Shown: positions 17,951 to 26,932 of the stretch, one piece after another
Layout of the letters: the number at the start of each line of letters is the position of its first letter
Numbering within the stretch: the stretch's first letter is position 1
The notes under the pieces: model-generated
The model's input: the letters and a program-made list of their open reading frames with translations, nothing else
Told to the model about the DNA's origin: nothing
Database searches by the model: none
Translations under genes and position numbers: made by a program
Assembly (NCBI GenBank): GCA_965200315.1
Contig: OZ241362.1
Location: forward strand, 1,984,001 to 2,048,000
DNA from: Candidatus Latescibacterota bacterium
Lineage (GTDB): Bacteria; Latescibacterota; UBA2968; UBA8231
Reading direction: 5' to 3'
Length of the DNA stretch: 64,000 bases

Positions 17951-18949
17951 TCAGCGCCGGTTGCCCCCCTCGGGTCCGATCTCGCCCGTGCCCACCCCCA
18001 CGCCCGTAAGCACCTCGCTGTAGCCGGGATAGGTGACGGCGTATTGGAAGCCCTCGTTGGTGCCGGCCGCGCCAAAACGGCCCTGCTTGTCGAGCGCGAC
18101 GAAATTGAGGTGCAATTCCTCGACCGGCCGCGGGTCGAGCGCGACGATGCGGCGGATGGTCTCGACGCAGGCTTCCTGCGGGTGCAACCCCCCGCGCATG
18201 TATTCGACCGCGAGGAAGGTGGCGCAGTAGCGCATGACGTTCTCGCCCAAGCCAGTAGCTCCGGCCGCGCCCACGCCCCCATCGACGTACAGGCCGCTGC
18301 CGATGATCGGCGAGTCGCCAACGCGGCCCGGCAGCTTGTAGCCCCAGCCGCTGGTCGAGCAGCCGCCCGCGATCCGCCCCTCACCGTCGAGGCCAAGCAG
18401 GGCGATGGTATCGTGGTTGTCGGCCGCGCCCTGCTTGGCCCGCCATTTCTCCCACGCCTCGTGCCTTTCTTTCGTAAGCAACTCGACGCTGGCAAATCCC
18501 TGCTCCAGCGCGAATTGCCGCGCCCCTTCGCCCACGAGCATAACGTGCTTGGTCGCGTCCATCACCCGGCGCGCCACCGAGATCGGGTGCAGGATCCCCT
18601 CAATGGCGGCGACGCTGCCGGCGCGTTGTCCCTCGCCATCCATGATGCAGGCGTCGAGTTGCACCACGCCCCGGGCGTTGGGTATGCCGCCCAATCCTAC
18701 GGATGCGTTAGAGGCGTCGGCCTCGGCGACGTGGATGCCGCGCTCGACCGCGTCGAGAACCGAACCGCCCTGTTCGGCAGTCCGCAGCGATTGTTCGTTG
18801 GCCGCTTTGCCAAAGGGCCAAGTGGAGACGAAGAGAGGGCGGTCCGTGCTCATGGAAATGTCCTTTTCTGCACGCGCCGTCCCGGCAAGAGCTAGACCAC
18901 CGGCGGCTAGCGCGGTCTCGCGCATGAAGCGGCGGCGACTCAGCGGCAT
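17951..18949 (-). CDS. N(4)-(beta-N-acetylglucosaminyl)-L-asparaginase (glycosylasparaginase, Ntn hydrolase), Tat-exported
   Basis: Tat SRRRFM; STWPFG, LDACIMD, HD/TI autocleavage site, GRVGDSPIIG. Confidence 0.9.
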   Translation of the reverse strand: MPLSRRRFMRETALAAGGLALAGTARAEKDISMSTDRPLFVSTWPFGKAANEQSLRTAEQGGSVLDAVERGIHVAEADASNASVGLGGIPNARGVVQLDACIMDGEGQRAGSVAAIEGILHPISVARRVMDATKHVMLVGEGARQFALEQGFASVELLTKERHEAWEKWRAKQGAADNHDTIALLGLDGEGRIAGGCSTSGWGYKLPGRVGDSPIIGSGLYVDGGVGAAGATGLGENVMRYCATFLAVEYMRGGLHPQEACVETIRRIVALDPRPVEELHLNFVALDKQGRFGAAGTNEGFQYAVTYPGYSEVLTGVGVGTGEIGPEGGNRR

Positions 18950-18952
18950 GGC

Positions 18953-19411
18953 CTAATCCTCGTCGGCATTGTGATGGTCGCCATCGTCATCCGTGTTTTT
19001 ATGGGCGATGGCAGCGATCTCAACGCGAAAGTCAAAGACGATCTGTGCTCCACCAGTGCAGGCCCGCGCCGGGAATTGTTCTTTAAAGTAGGAAGCGTAT
19101 GCCTTGTTCATCTCGTGGTAATCTTCAATGTCCGCGAGCCAGACCGTGACGTTGACAAGGTCGTCGTACGCATAACCATGCTCTTCGAGTATGTGCCCGA
19201 TGTTTTCCATGATCTGATGAGTCTCCGCCGCGACCGACTCCTTGACGTCGGCACCGTCGGCCGTGCGGGCGATCTGGCCGCTGATGAAGAGGAGATCGCC
19301 GGCTTGGCGGGCCGGGCTGAAGGGCAGGGTCTTGAGCGGCACGGCCTCTTGGGCAAGGGCTGGCGAGACAGCGAGCGCACACGCGAGCGCGGCGCGGATG
19401 CAGCTTTTCAT
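18953..19411 (-). CDS. RidA/YjgF family protein with signal peptide
   Basis: PFSPA, LFISGQ, FPAR, VEI motifs; N-terminal ALACALAVSPALA. Confidence 0.85.
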   Translation of the reverse strand: MKSCIRAALACALAVSPALAQEAVPLKTLPFSPARQAGDLLFISGQIARTADGADVKESVAAETHQIMENIGHILEEHGYAYDDLVNVTVWLADIEDYHEMNKAYASYFKEQFPARACTGGAQIVFDFRVEIAAIAHKNTDDDGDHHNADED

Positions 19412-19604
19412 AAGGTATCTCCTAGTTTGGGTTAGACCTGTTAATAAGCTCAAAAGGCTCTAAGGCGACAACCGGCGCGGGCGGGGTTAAGGTTTTGAAT
19501 ATATTACCGTAAAGCCGTTACTGCATTTTTTTGACGGCGCGATGGTCTGCGCTTATTTTTTATGCCTCACAGAATTTCAAACCCCAATTAAGGAGATTCC
19601 AATT

Positions 19605-19808
19605 ATGGCCGAACGGACCTCCCGCGACCACGGCGAGCGCATTGGCCGCCTCGAAGGCATCATCGAGCAAATTAACGAGTGCCTCGGTGGCATAACCCGT
19701 CGCCTCGACAGCCTAGAAATCAACCACCGCCGAGACTTTCGCTGGCTCATCGGCCTTCAGTTGGCTACTTGGGCTACCATCGTTGGACTGAGATTATTTG
19801 GCGGGTAG
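19605..19808 (+). CDS. small coiled-coil protein with C-terminal membrane anchor
   Basis: RBS AAGGAG; RIGRLEG...RLDSLE...FRWLIGLQL. Confidence 0.65.
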   Translation: MAERTSRDHGERIGRLEGIIEQINECLGGITRRLDSLEINHRRDFRWLIGLQLATWATIVGLRLFGG

Positions 19809-19813
19809 CTGCC

Positions 19814-20437
19814 TTGCTAAAGACGCTTAAAGACATCGCTCGCGTCCAGATGGGCCTTTCCTTTCGTTCCCGCATTGAGCCGGATGCGGACGGGGCTTTT
19901 GCAGTCATTCAGATGCGCGACCTGACCGAGGATAACAAACTGAGCCGTCGCAATCTGATCACTATTGAGATAAACGGCCTCAGCGACCACCATTTGGTAA
20001 AACGCAAAGACTTGATTTTTCGCTCTAGAGGGCAGACCACTACGGCGACAATCGTTGATACGGAGATCGGTCCGGCGGTTGTCGCGGCGCCGCTGTTGAG
20101 AATCCGAGTTACGAGCAAGCACGTCCTGTCGGAGTATTTGTGCTGGTTCATCAACCAAGCGTCAGCCCAGGCGTTTTTGCACAGCAGGGCTACCGGGACG
20201 GCGATGACAGTGATTGGCAAATCCGCTCTCAATGAGTTGCAAGTTCCCCTGCCCGACCTTGCAACTCAGGAGCGCATCGTCGCCTTGGCCGATTTGTCGA
20301 ATAAGGAGCAGAAGCTGATGAGGGAGTTGGCCGAGAAGAAGGAAAAACTGGTCAACGGGATTCAGATGCGATGGGCGACAGAAGTATCCGCAGATGGACG
20401 CAGATGGGCGCAGATATTAAACCGATGGGAGCGATAA
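19814..20437 (+). CDS. hsdS: single-TRD (half-size) type I restriction specificity subunit
   Basis: DLIFRSRG, YLCWFIN, PLPDLATQERIV; directly upstream of hsdM; start approximate. Confidence 0.75.
   Translation: MLKTLKDIARVQMGLSFRSRIEPDADGAFAVIQMRDLTEDNKLSRRNLITIEINGLSDHHLVKRKDLIFRSRGQTTTATIVDTEIGPAVVAAPLLRIRVTSKHVLSEYLCWFINQASAQAFLHSRATGTAMTVIGKSALNELQVPLPDLATQERIVALADLSNKEQKLMRELAEKKEKLVNGIQMRWATEVSADGRRWAQILNRWER
20385..20415 (+). repeat. tandem 10-bp CGCAGATGGR repeats
   Basis: TATCCGCAGATGGACGCAGATGGGCGCAGAT; related copies at 21942, 26895, 30171 and 30236. Confidence 0.7.
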
Positions 20438-20441
20438 AAAT

Positions 20442-21953
20442 ATGAGCGATCAGATCCAGCAGAAAGATATCAACAGTGCCGCTTGGTCCGCTTGCGACAC
20501 CTTTCGCGGGGTGATGGATGCGACGGGATACAAAGACTACATTCTCGTGATGCTATTCCTCAAGTACATCTCCGATGTATGGAAAGATCACTACGAGGAA
20601 TATCAAAGAAGATACGGCGGTAATGATGAGCGCATCCGGCGTAGGTTGAAAAACGAGCGTTTTGTCCTGCCAGAAGGCAGCAGCTTTTACGACCTCTATG
20701 AACGGCGCTCGGAAGCCAATGTTGGCGAACTCATCAATATCGCACTGGAGGCGATTGAAACGGAGAACAAAGAGAAACTCGAAGATGTTTTCCGCAATAT
20801 AGATTTCAACAGCGAGGCCAATCTCGGCAAAACCAGAGATCGCAATCGCCGCCTGAAAATGCTACTAGAAGATTTCAACAAGCCCGAATTGAACATGCGC
20901 CCCAGCCGCGTTTCAGAAGATGTAATCGGCAATACTTACATCTATCTGATCGAGCGTTTCGCCTCTGACGCGGGAAAAAAAGCCGGCGAGTTCTACACGC
21001 CGCACAAGGTGTCCGAACTGGTCGCGAGACTGTGCGCTCCCAAGCGAGGAGCCCGCATCTGCGACCCCGCCTGCGGTTCCGCCGGGTTGCTGATTGAGGC
21101 GGCCCGCTTGGTGGGCGGCAAGGACTACGCCCTGTACGGCATGGAGGTGAACGGCAGCACTTGGGCACTGGCGCGGATGAATATGTTTCTGCACGGTGCC
21201 GACTCCGCCCGCATCGAATGGTGCAACACCCTTACTGCCCCAACACTGGCGGAAAACAACCAACTGATAAAGTTCGACAACGTGGTCGCCAATCCGCCGT
21301 TTTCGCTGGACAAGTGGGGCGCAGAAGACGCCGATGCAGATCCGTACAACCGCTTTTGGCGCGGAGTGCCGCCCAAATCCAAGGGCGATTACGCTTTCAT
21401 CAGCCACATGGTGGAAGCGGCGTTAGAAAAAGAGGGGCGGGTCGCGGTGGTGGCTCCGCACGGCGTTTTGTTCCGGGGCGGTGCCGAAGGGCGCATTCGC
21501 CAGCAGTTGATTGAAGAAAATTTGCTCGACGCCGTCATCGGCTTGCCCGGCAATCTATTCCCCACGACCTCGATACCAGTGGCCATTTTGGTCTTTGACC
21601 GCTCGCGGGAGCAAGGGGGGGCGCATGAGAGCCGCAAGGACGTTCTGTTTGTCGATGCGAGCCGTGCATATCAGGCGGGCAAGAATCAAAACACCTTGCT
21701 AGACGAGCATATCGAAAAGATCACCGCTACTTACAAAAAACGCGAAGACGTGGACAAATACGCCCATATCGCCACCTTTGAGGAAATCGCGGAAAACAAC
21801 TTCAACCTGAACATTCCGCGCTATGTGGATACCTTTGAGGAAGAGGAGGAGATTGATATTGATGCGGTGGGGAGAGAAATTGATCAGTTGGAGAAGGAAT
21901 TGAGTGTGGTGCGGGGGGAGATGGGGAGGTTGTTGCAAGGGATCCGCAGATAA
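20442..21953 (+). CDS. hsdM: type I R-M methyltransferase subunit (m6A)
   Basis: GEFYTP, DPACGSAG (motif I), NPPF (motif IV), NLNIPRY. Confidence 0.95.
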   Translation: MSDQIQQKDINSAAWSACDTFRGVMDATGYKDYILVMLFLKYISDVWKDHYEEYQRRYGGNDERIRRRLKNERFVLPEGSSFYDLYERRSEANVGELINIALEAIETENKEKLEDVFRNIDFNSEANLGKTRDRNRRLKMLLEDFNKPELNMRPSRVSEDVIGNTYIYLIERFASDAGKKAGEFYTPHKVSELVARLCAPKRGARICDPACGSAGLLIEAARLVGGKDYALYGMEVNGSTWALARMNMFLHGADSARIEWCNTLTAPTLAENNQLIKFDNVVANPPFSLDKWGAEDADADPYNRFWRGVPPKSKGDYAFISHMVEAALEKEGRVAVVAPHGVLFRGGAEGRIRQQLIEENLLDAVIGLPGNLFPTTSIPVAILVFDRSREQGGAHESRKDVLFVDASRAYQAGKNQNTLLDEHIEKITATYKKREDVDKYAHIATFEEIAENNFNLNIPRYVDTFEEEEEIDIDAVGREIDQLEKELSVVRGEMGRLLQGIRR

Positions 21954-21967
21954 AAAAGGATAAAGGC

Positions 21968-22360
21968 ATGAGACGACGAGAAGCTCGCCTCATTTTAGGT
22001 GTAGCTGAGGACGCCACCATAGAGACGATAAAGTCGGCGTTTCGCCGCTATGCCCTCAAGCATCACCCCGACCGCAACCCAGACGACCCAGTTGCCGAGG
22101 AGGCATTTAAGAAGGGTGCTCATGCTTATCGCTTGCTGACGGGGCAGGAGGGGTCCGACCTAGATGCGTTGTTCGAGCAGTTTGATGACATAGAGCAGGC
22201 CCTCGACAAAATGGAGCAGTCCTTTGACGAATTTGAAAAAAACGTGTCAGAAGGGCTCGACCGAATCGAAACCAAGATGTCCCGCATGTTTAAGTGGGTC
22301 ATCATCTTGATGATTTTCACGACCCTATCGTTGAGCCTTGTCATTCTGCTCGGTTTCTGA
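21968..22360 (+). CDS. J-domain protein with coiled coil and C-terminal TM helix
   Basis: ILGV...IKSAFRRYALKHHPDRN (HPD motif); hydrophobic C-terminus. Confidence 0.8.
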   Translation: MRRREARLILGVAEDATIETIKSAFRRYALKHHPDRNPDDPVAEEAFKKGAHAYRLLTGQEGSDLDALFEQFDDIEQALDKMEQSFDEFEKNVSEGLDRIETKMSRMFKWVIILMIFTTLSLSLVILLGF

Positions 22361-22378
22361 TAGCAGGAGGAGCAGACA

Positions 22379-22667
22379 ATGGCCAAGACCAAAACAACGC
22401 GCTACGACGTCGCCGAGCATCTGCGTACACCCGAGGAGATGGCGGCCCTGCTTTGAAGAAGCGGACAGCGATGCGGCCTTTATCACCAAAGCACTGAGCG
22501 ACATTGCTCGCGCCAGGGGCATGTCTCAACTCGCGAGGGATGCCGGTTTGTCTAAGGAGAGCTTGTACAAGGATTTGTCTGGAAAGCAGCCGCCGAGCTT
22601 CGATACGATCCTAAAGGTGGTGAACTCCTTGGGGCTGAAGCTGCGTACAGAAGCCATCAAACGCTGA
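22379..22667 (+). pseudogene. frameshifted addiction-module antidote (HigA-like HTH)
   Basis: MAKTKTTRYDVAEHLRTPEEMAA in one frame continues as CFEEADSDAAFITKALSDIARARGMSQLARDAGLSKESLYK in another; cognate toxin absent. Confidence 0.8.
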
Positions 22668-23870
22668 GTGTGTGGAGTGACTTTGAGTAGAATGACAGTG
22701 AAAAATGATGCGTTGCCGAAGGGGTGGCGGAGGGTGAGGTTGGGAGAGATATATAACATCTCAGCTAGCGGCGACCTTGATGCTAAATCAGCTTCCCCGA
22801 TTCAAGATGAAAAGCATCCTCATCCAACCTACTCTAACGCTCTCACAAATAAAGGACTACATAGCTATAGTAGCTATGCAAAATATGATGAAGATTCGAT
22901 TACAATTACCGCACGAGGTGATATTGGCTTTGCAAATCATAGAAAGACAAAATTCATGGCAATAGGCCGTTTATTAGTTCTGAAGAGTAAAGTTCCCGTC
23001 TCAAACAAGTTTGTTTGTGAATACATAAATCATAAAGTTAGATTTTTCAAAGAGACAACAGGTGTGCCACAGCTCACAGCACCTCAAGCAAGTAAATACT
23101 ACGTCATATTACCTTCCCTGCCCGAACAAAAAGCCATCGCCTCTTTACTGGAAACATGGGACGCGGCGATTGAGAAAACCGAAGCACTGATCGCGGCGAA
23201 GGAGAAGCAGTTTAAGTGGCTGCTGAAAACTCTCATCAGCGACCAGCAGGATAATCCTGAATGGCGAAAGGTGACGTTGGGGGAGATTGGAACCTTCTAC
23301 AAAGGGAAAGGAATCACAAAAGCCGACTTGGTTGATTACGGCATTTCTTGCCTACGCTACGCCGAAATCTACACGAAATACGATGGTATAGTTAATGAAT
23401 TATCTTCCTCTGTCAGTCCAGATGCAGCTACCAAGGCTACGCCGATTCAGTCTGGCGACATCATCTTCGCTGCTTCCGGGGAAACGGCTGCCGAAATCGG
23501 GAAGGCCATCGCTTTCGTTGGTTGCGACCCGGCGGTTGCCGGTGGTGACACCATAATTTTTCGTAATCACGGGCAAGAACCAGCCTATTTGGCACACATG
23601 CTCAATTCCACAGATGTAGCAAGGCAAAAGGCTCGTCTCGGCAAAGGTCAATCCGTCGTTCACATTCACGTCCCGGAGCTTTTTCAGGTTGAGGTGTCTC
23701 TTCCTCCTCTGCATGAACAACGCAAGATCGTCAAAATTTTGGCCACTTGGGACACGGCGGTTAAGAAAATCAAGGCCCTAGCCGAACTATACCGCACACA
23801 AAAGCACGGCTTGATGCAGAAGTTGCTGACGGGAAAGTGGCGGATAAACCTGAAAAAAGGAGACCATTAA
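22668..23870 (+). CDS. hsdS: type I R-M specificity subunit (two TRDs)
   Basis: LPKGW, PSLPEQKAIA, PPLHEQRKI, GLMQKLLTGK conserved regions. Confidence 0.93.
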   Translation: MCGVTLSRMTVKNDALPKGWRRVRLGEIYNISASGDLDAKSASPIQDEKHPHPTYSNALTNKGLHSYSSYAKYDEDSITITARGDIGFANHRKTKFMAIGRLLVLKSKVPVSNKFVCEYINHKVRFFKETTGVPQLTAPQASKYYVILPSLPEQKAIASLLETWDAAIEKTEALIAAKEKQFKWLLKTLISDQQDNPEWRKVTLGEIGTFYKGKGITKADLVDYGISCLRYAEIYTKYDGIVNELSSSVSPDAATKATPIQSGDIIFAASGETAAEIGKAIAFVGCDPAVAGGDTIIFRNHGQEPAYLAHMLNSTDVARQKARLGKGQSVVHIHVPELFQVEVSLPPLHEQRKIVKILATWDTAVKKIKALAELYRTQKHGLMQKLLTGKWRINLKKGDH

Positions 23871-23871
23871 A

Positions 23872-24546
23872 ATGGCCAGAAAGATTTTTGTTTCTTATAA
23901 ACACAGCGATAACTCTATTGAACCTCTCAGTAATTATGAAACGACAGCCCGTGCTTATGTGGATGAAATAATTGAATTATTTGAAGGAGATGAAATATAC
24001 AAAGGAGAGGGGAATGAAGATTTAAGTGAATTTAAAGACGAAACCATTGAGACGCATCTAAAAGATAAAATTTATGATAGTAGTATAACACTTGTTTTAA
24101 TTTCACCGAGTATGAAAGAAGATTGGTACAAAAAAGAATCTGACCAATGGATTCCTTGGGAGATATCCTACTCCCTCAAGGAAATCACGCGGAGTGGCCG
24201 CACGAGCCATACAAATGGAGTACTGGCGATTGTATTGCCAGATAGAGGCTCTTCCTATAGCTACTTTCTTGAGGAAGATTCTTGTCCATATTGCCACTGC
24301 ACAACTTTGCGTACCGACAAACTATTTCAAATACTGAGAGACAATATGTTTAATATAAAAAAGCCTACTTTTAATAATTGCTCTAACCATATGATTACCA
24401 ATCCTGTTTACATAGGGCAATCTTCCTACATTTATTCGGTCAAATGGTGTGATTTTGTAGGATATAAAGAGAAATATCTTAAAAAAGTAGAACATCTGAG
24501 AGACAGTATAGATGACTACAACATTAAGAAAACTGTAGAAGATTGA
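23872..24546 (+). CDS. TIR-like protein (ThsB/DUF1863-type) 1
   Basis: RKIFVSYKH, SSITLVLIS, WIPWEISYSL (catalytic Glu position); markedly AT-rich. Confidence 0.85.
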   Translation: MARKIFVSYKHSDNSIEPLSNYETTARAYVDEIIELFEGDEIYKGEGNEDLSEFKDETIETHLKDKIYDSSITLVLISPSMKEDWYKKESDQWIPWEISYSLKEITRSGRTSHTNGVLAIVLPDRGSSYSYFLEEDSCPYCHCTTLRTDKLFQILRDNMFNIKKPTFNNCSNHMITNPVYIGQSSYIYSVKWCDFVGYKEKYLKKVEHLRDSIDDYNIKKTVED

Positions 24547-24630
24547 CCCATACATAATAAGGACATCTATGTGCCTTATCTATACACTGTCCCTGATCAC
24601 CGGCATGCCAATTCACATAAGGAGACAAAT

Positions 24631-25155
24631 ATGGTTAACTTACCAAAAAGGAGAGCGTTTTACAGTTTTCACTATATCCCGGACAACTGGCGGGCGTCTC
24701 AAGTTCGCAATATCGGTGTTATCGAAGGCAATAGGCCAGCGACAGATAACGATTGGGAAGTAGTGAAACGGGGTGGAGACACAGCCATAGCTAGATGGAT
24801 CAGGACCCAAATGAAGAGAAGATCCTGTACTATTGTTTTAGTTGGTACAAACACTGCGAATCGCAAGTGGATCAACTACGAAATTAGGGAGTCTTGGAGT
24901 CAGGGAATGGGCGTTGTGGGCATTCGTATCCATGGCTTGGAGGACAAATATGGTCGTATTTCAAGGATGGGTACTAATCCCTTCTCCTACGTTAGAGTTC
25001 CAGGAACATGCACACTGATGTCAACCGTTGTGAAATGTTACAAACCACCGGGTCGGGACAGCACAAAGAAGTATAATTGGATCGCCGATAATCTTTCAGC
25101 GATGGTTGAAGAAGCAATCGCCATCCGCAACCAATATCCCCCTAGCAGGAGGTAA
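24631..25155 (+). CDS. TIR-like protein (ThsB/DUF1863-type) 2
   Basis: RRAFYSFHY, WRASQVRN, SCTIVLVG, RKWINYEI (catalytic Glu position); RBS AAGGAG. Confidence 0.9.
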   Translation: MVNLPKRRAFYSFHYIPDNWRASQVRNIGVIEGNRPATDNDWEVVKRGGDTAIARWIRTQMKRRSCTIVLVGTNTANRKWINYEIRESWSQGMGVVGIRIHGLEDKYGRISRMGTNPFSYVRVPGTCTLMSTVVKCYKPPGRDSTKKYNWIADNLSAMVEEAIAIRNQYPPSRR

Positions 25156-25161
25156 CGTCAA

Positions 25162-25608
25162 ATGACCAACGACGAACGTGTTGTAAAGCACTTGGAGTTT
25201 ATCCAAGGCGTCGTAAACCGCTTGGGCAACAACGCCTCCCTGCTCAAAGGCTGGAGCATGACCGTCCTCGTCGCTGGCTCCTTGTTGATGGTGCGATTTA
25301 GGCCAGAGCAGCCTCTATTGGCATTGACGCTTCTCGTGCCCGTTCTCGGATTCTGGCTAATAGACGCGTACTTCTTGTGGCAAGAGCGGTTGTTCCGCGC
25401 CGAATACGACCGCGTCCGCCAGCAAGACGAGACCGACTTTGCCATGAAGCCACTCCAGCACAAGGACAAGCCAAAACATAGCTGGCCCGCAGCATTTTTC
25501 TCGGTGACGCTGGTCGTTTTTTACGCCATAGAAATCCTGTTCGTCTCTGTTCTCGCCGGTGCTCTCTGGGTCGCAGGTAAACCGGCAGCGGGGAGCTCCT
25601 TAACATGA
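25162..25608 (+). CDS. small integral membrane protein (about 3 TM), putative TIR-linked effector
   Basis: KHLEFIQGVVNRLGNN..KGWS; FWLIDAYFLWQERLFR..YD; 6 bp after TIR2 with RBS GGAGG. Confidence 0.75.
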   Translation: MTNDERVVKHLEFIQGVVNRLGNNASLLKGWSMTVLVAGSLLMVRFRPEQPLLALTLLVPVLGFWLIDAYFLWQERLFRAEYDRVRQQDETDFAMKPLQHKDKPKHSWPAAFFSVTLVVFYAIEILFVSVLAGALWVAGKPAAGSSLT

Positions 25609-25656
25609 TCCTCAACGCTCGCGTTTTGGAACGTGCGGATATAAGCCCTAATCGAC

Positions 25657-25689
25657 ATTTTACTCAATACACTGAGTAAAATTACTCAA
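25657..25689. promoter_or_regulatory. operator-like inverted repeat
   Basis: ATTTTACTCA-N6-TGAGTAAAAT perfect IR plus a third TTACTCAA half-site just upstream of ATG25703. Confidence 0.5.
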
Positions 25690-25702
25690 AGAACCGAGCA
25701 AA

Positions 25703-26893
25703 ATGACCTTCATCAGACCCCAAGCGTCCGAGCTAGCGCAGCGCCTGCAAGAACCCCGGCGGTTCATTCAAGTCGTCTCAGGGGCGCGGCAAGTAGGCAA
25801 AACAACCCTTGCCTTGCAAGTCGCGGAGCGGAGCAAACTGCCCTATCACGTCGCCAGCGCAGACGAGCCGACCCTGCGCGGTGCCGGGTGGATTGAATCG
25901 CAATGGGAGGAGGCGCGGCTGCTAGCCGACCGATCTGCCAGAAAAAACGCCTTGCTCATACTAGATGAAGTACACAAAGTTCCGCACTGGGCTGAAACGA
26001 TCAAGTACCTCTGGGACGAAGACACGCGCAAGAAACAATTGGTAAAAACCGTATTGCTCGGCTCGGCTCCGCTCTTAATCGGCAGAGGACTAACCGAAAG
26101 CCTTGCCGGCCGTCTTGAAATCCTGCACATGCCGCACTGGAGCTTTCCCGAGATGCGGGCGGCCTTTGGCTGGGATCTGAAACAATACCTTTTTTACGGT
26201 GCCTATCCGGGTGCCGTGCCTTTGATAAAACAACCATTCCGCTGGTCGCGCTACATAACAGACGCTCTCATCGAAACGACCGTCGGGCGCGATGTGCTCT
26301 TGCTCTCCCGCGTCGACAAACCGGCCTTGCTCCGGCGGCTGTTTGAACTCGGCTGTGCCTATTCGGGGCAAATCCTCTCCTATACAAAAATGACCGGGCA
26401 ACTTCAGGATGCGGGGAACACGACGACGCTTGCCCACTACCTCGACCTGCTCGCGGGTGCTGGCGTGCTCACCGGCTTGCCTAAATATGCCGGCGACACA
26501 GCGCGGCGGCAGCGATCAAGTCCCAAGTTTCAAGTCTTCAACACGGCACTAATAACCGCCCAGTCCGGCATGACTCAGGCGGAAGCGTTTGCCGACCGCG
26601 AGTTTTGGGGACGCTTGACCGAGTCCGCGGTGGGCGCACACCTGCTCAACGCATCGATTAGCGGAGTATGTGAACTCTTTTACTGGCGGGAGCGCAACCG
26701 CGAAGTGGATTTTGTCGTGCGGAGAGGAAGGAAGTTGGTGGCCATAGAAGTAAAAAGTGGACGCATCGGCATGGAATCGTTTGCCAAGTCCTTCAAACCG
26801 AGTCGCCTGTTAATAGTCGGCACAGGCGGAATTTCTCTCGAGCGGTTTCTCTCAGAGCCTGTAGGCTATTGGATAGATCACTCAGACCGATAA
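25703..26893 (+). CDS. AAA_14 ATPase with DUF4143 / PD-(D/E)XK-like C-terminus
   Basis: GARQVGKT, ILDEVH, ESLAGR, EVDFV...AIEVKS. Confidence 0.9.
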   Translation: MTFIRPQASELAQRLQEPRRFIQVVSGARQVGKTTLALQVAERSKLPYHVASADEPTLRGAGWIESQWEEARLLADRSARKNALLILDEVHKVPHWAETIKYLWDEDTRKKQLVKTVLLGSAPLLIGRGLTESLAGRLEILHMPHWSFPEMRAAFGWDLKQYLFYGAYPGAVPLIKQPFRWSRYITDALIETTVGRDVLLLSRVDKPALLRRLFELGCAYSGQILSYTKMTGQLQDAGNTTTLAHYLDLLAGAGVLTGLPKYAGDTARRQRSSPKFQVFNTALITAQSGMTQAEAFADREFWGRLTESAVGAHLLNASISGVCELFYWRERNREVDFVVRRGRKLVAIEVKSGRIGMESFAKSFKPSRLLIVGTGGISLERFLSEPVGYWIDHSDR

Positions 26894-26932
26894 CCCATCT
26901 GCGTCCTTATGCGGATAACCAGGAACAAAACC

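Noticed and set aside
14762-18895. long antisense ORFs (e.g. 14762..15697, 17882..18895)
   Set aside because: Shadow frames of well-supported genes in GC-rich DNA with no motifs of their own; the same applies to most short ORFs in the track.
20385-20415. CRISPR array from short repeats
   Set aside because: Units are 7-10 bp tandem repeats without spacers; no cas genes in the window.
23872-25608. canonical Thoeris type I/II call (thsA/thsB symbols)
   Set aside because: No SIR2, SLOG or Macro domain gene is present, so symbols were withheld.
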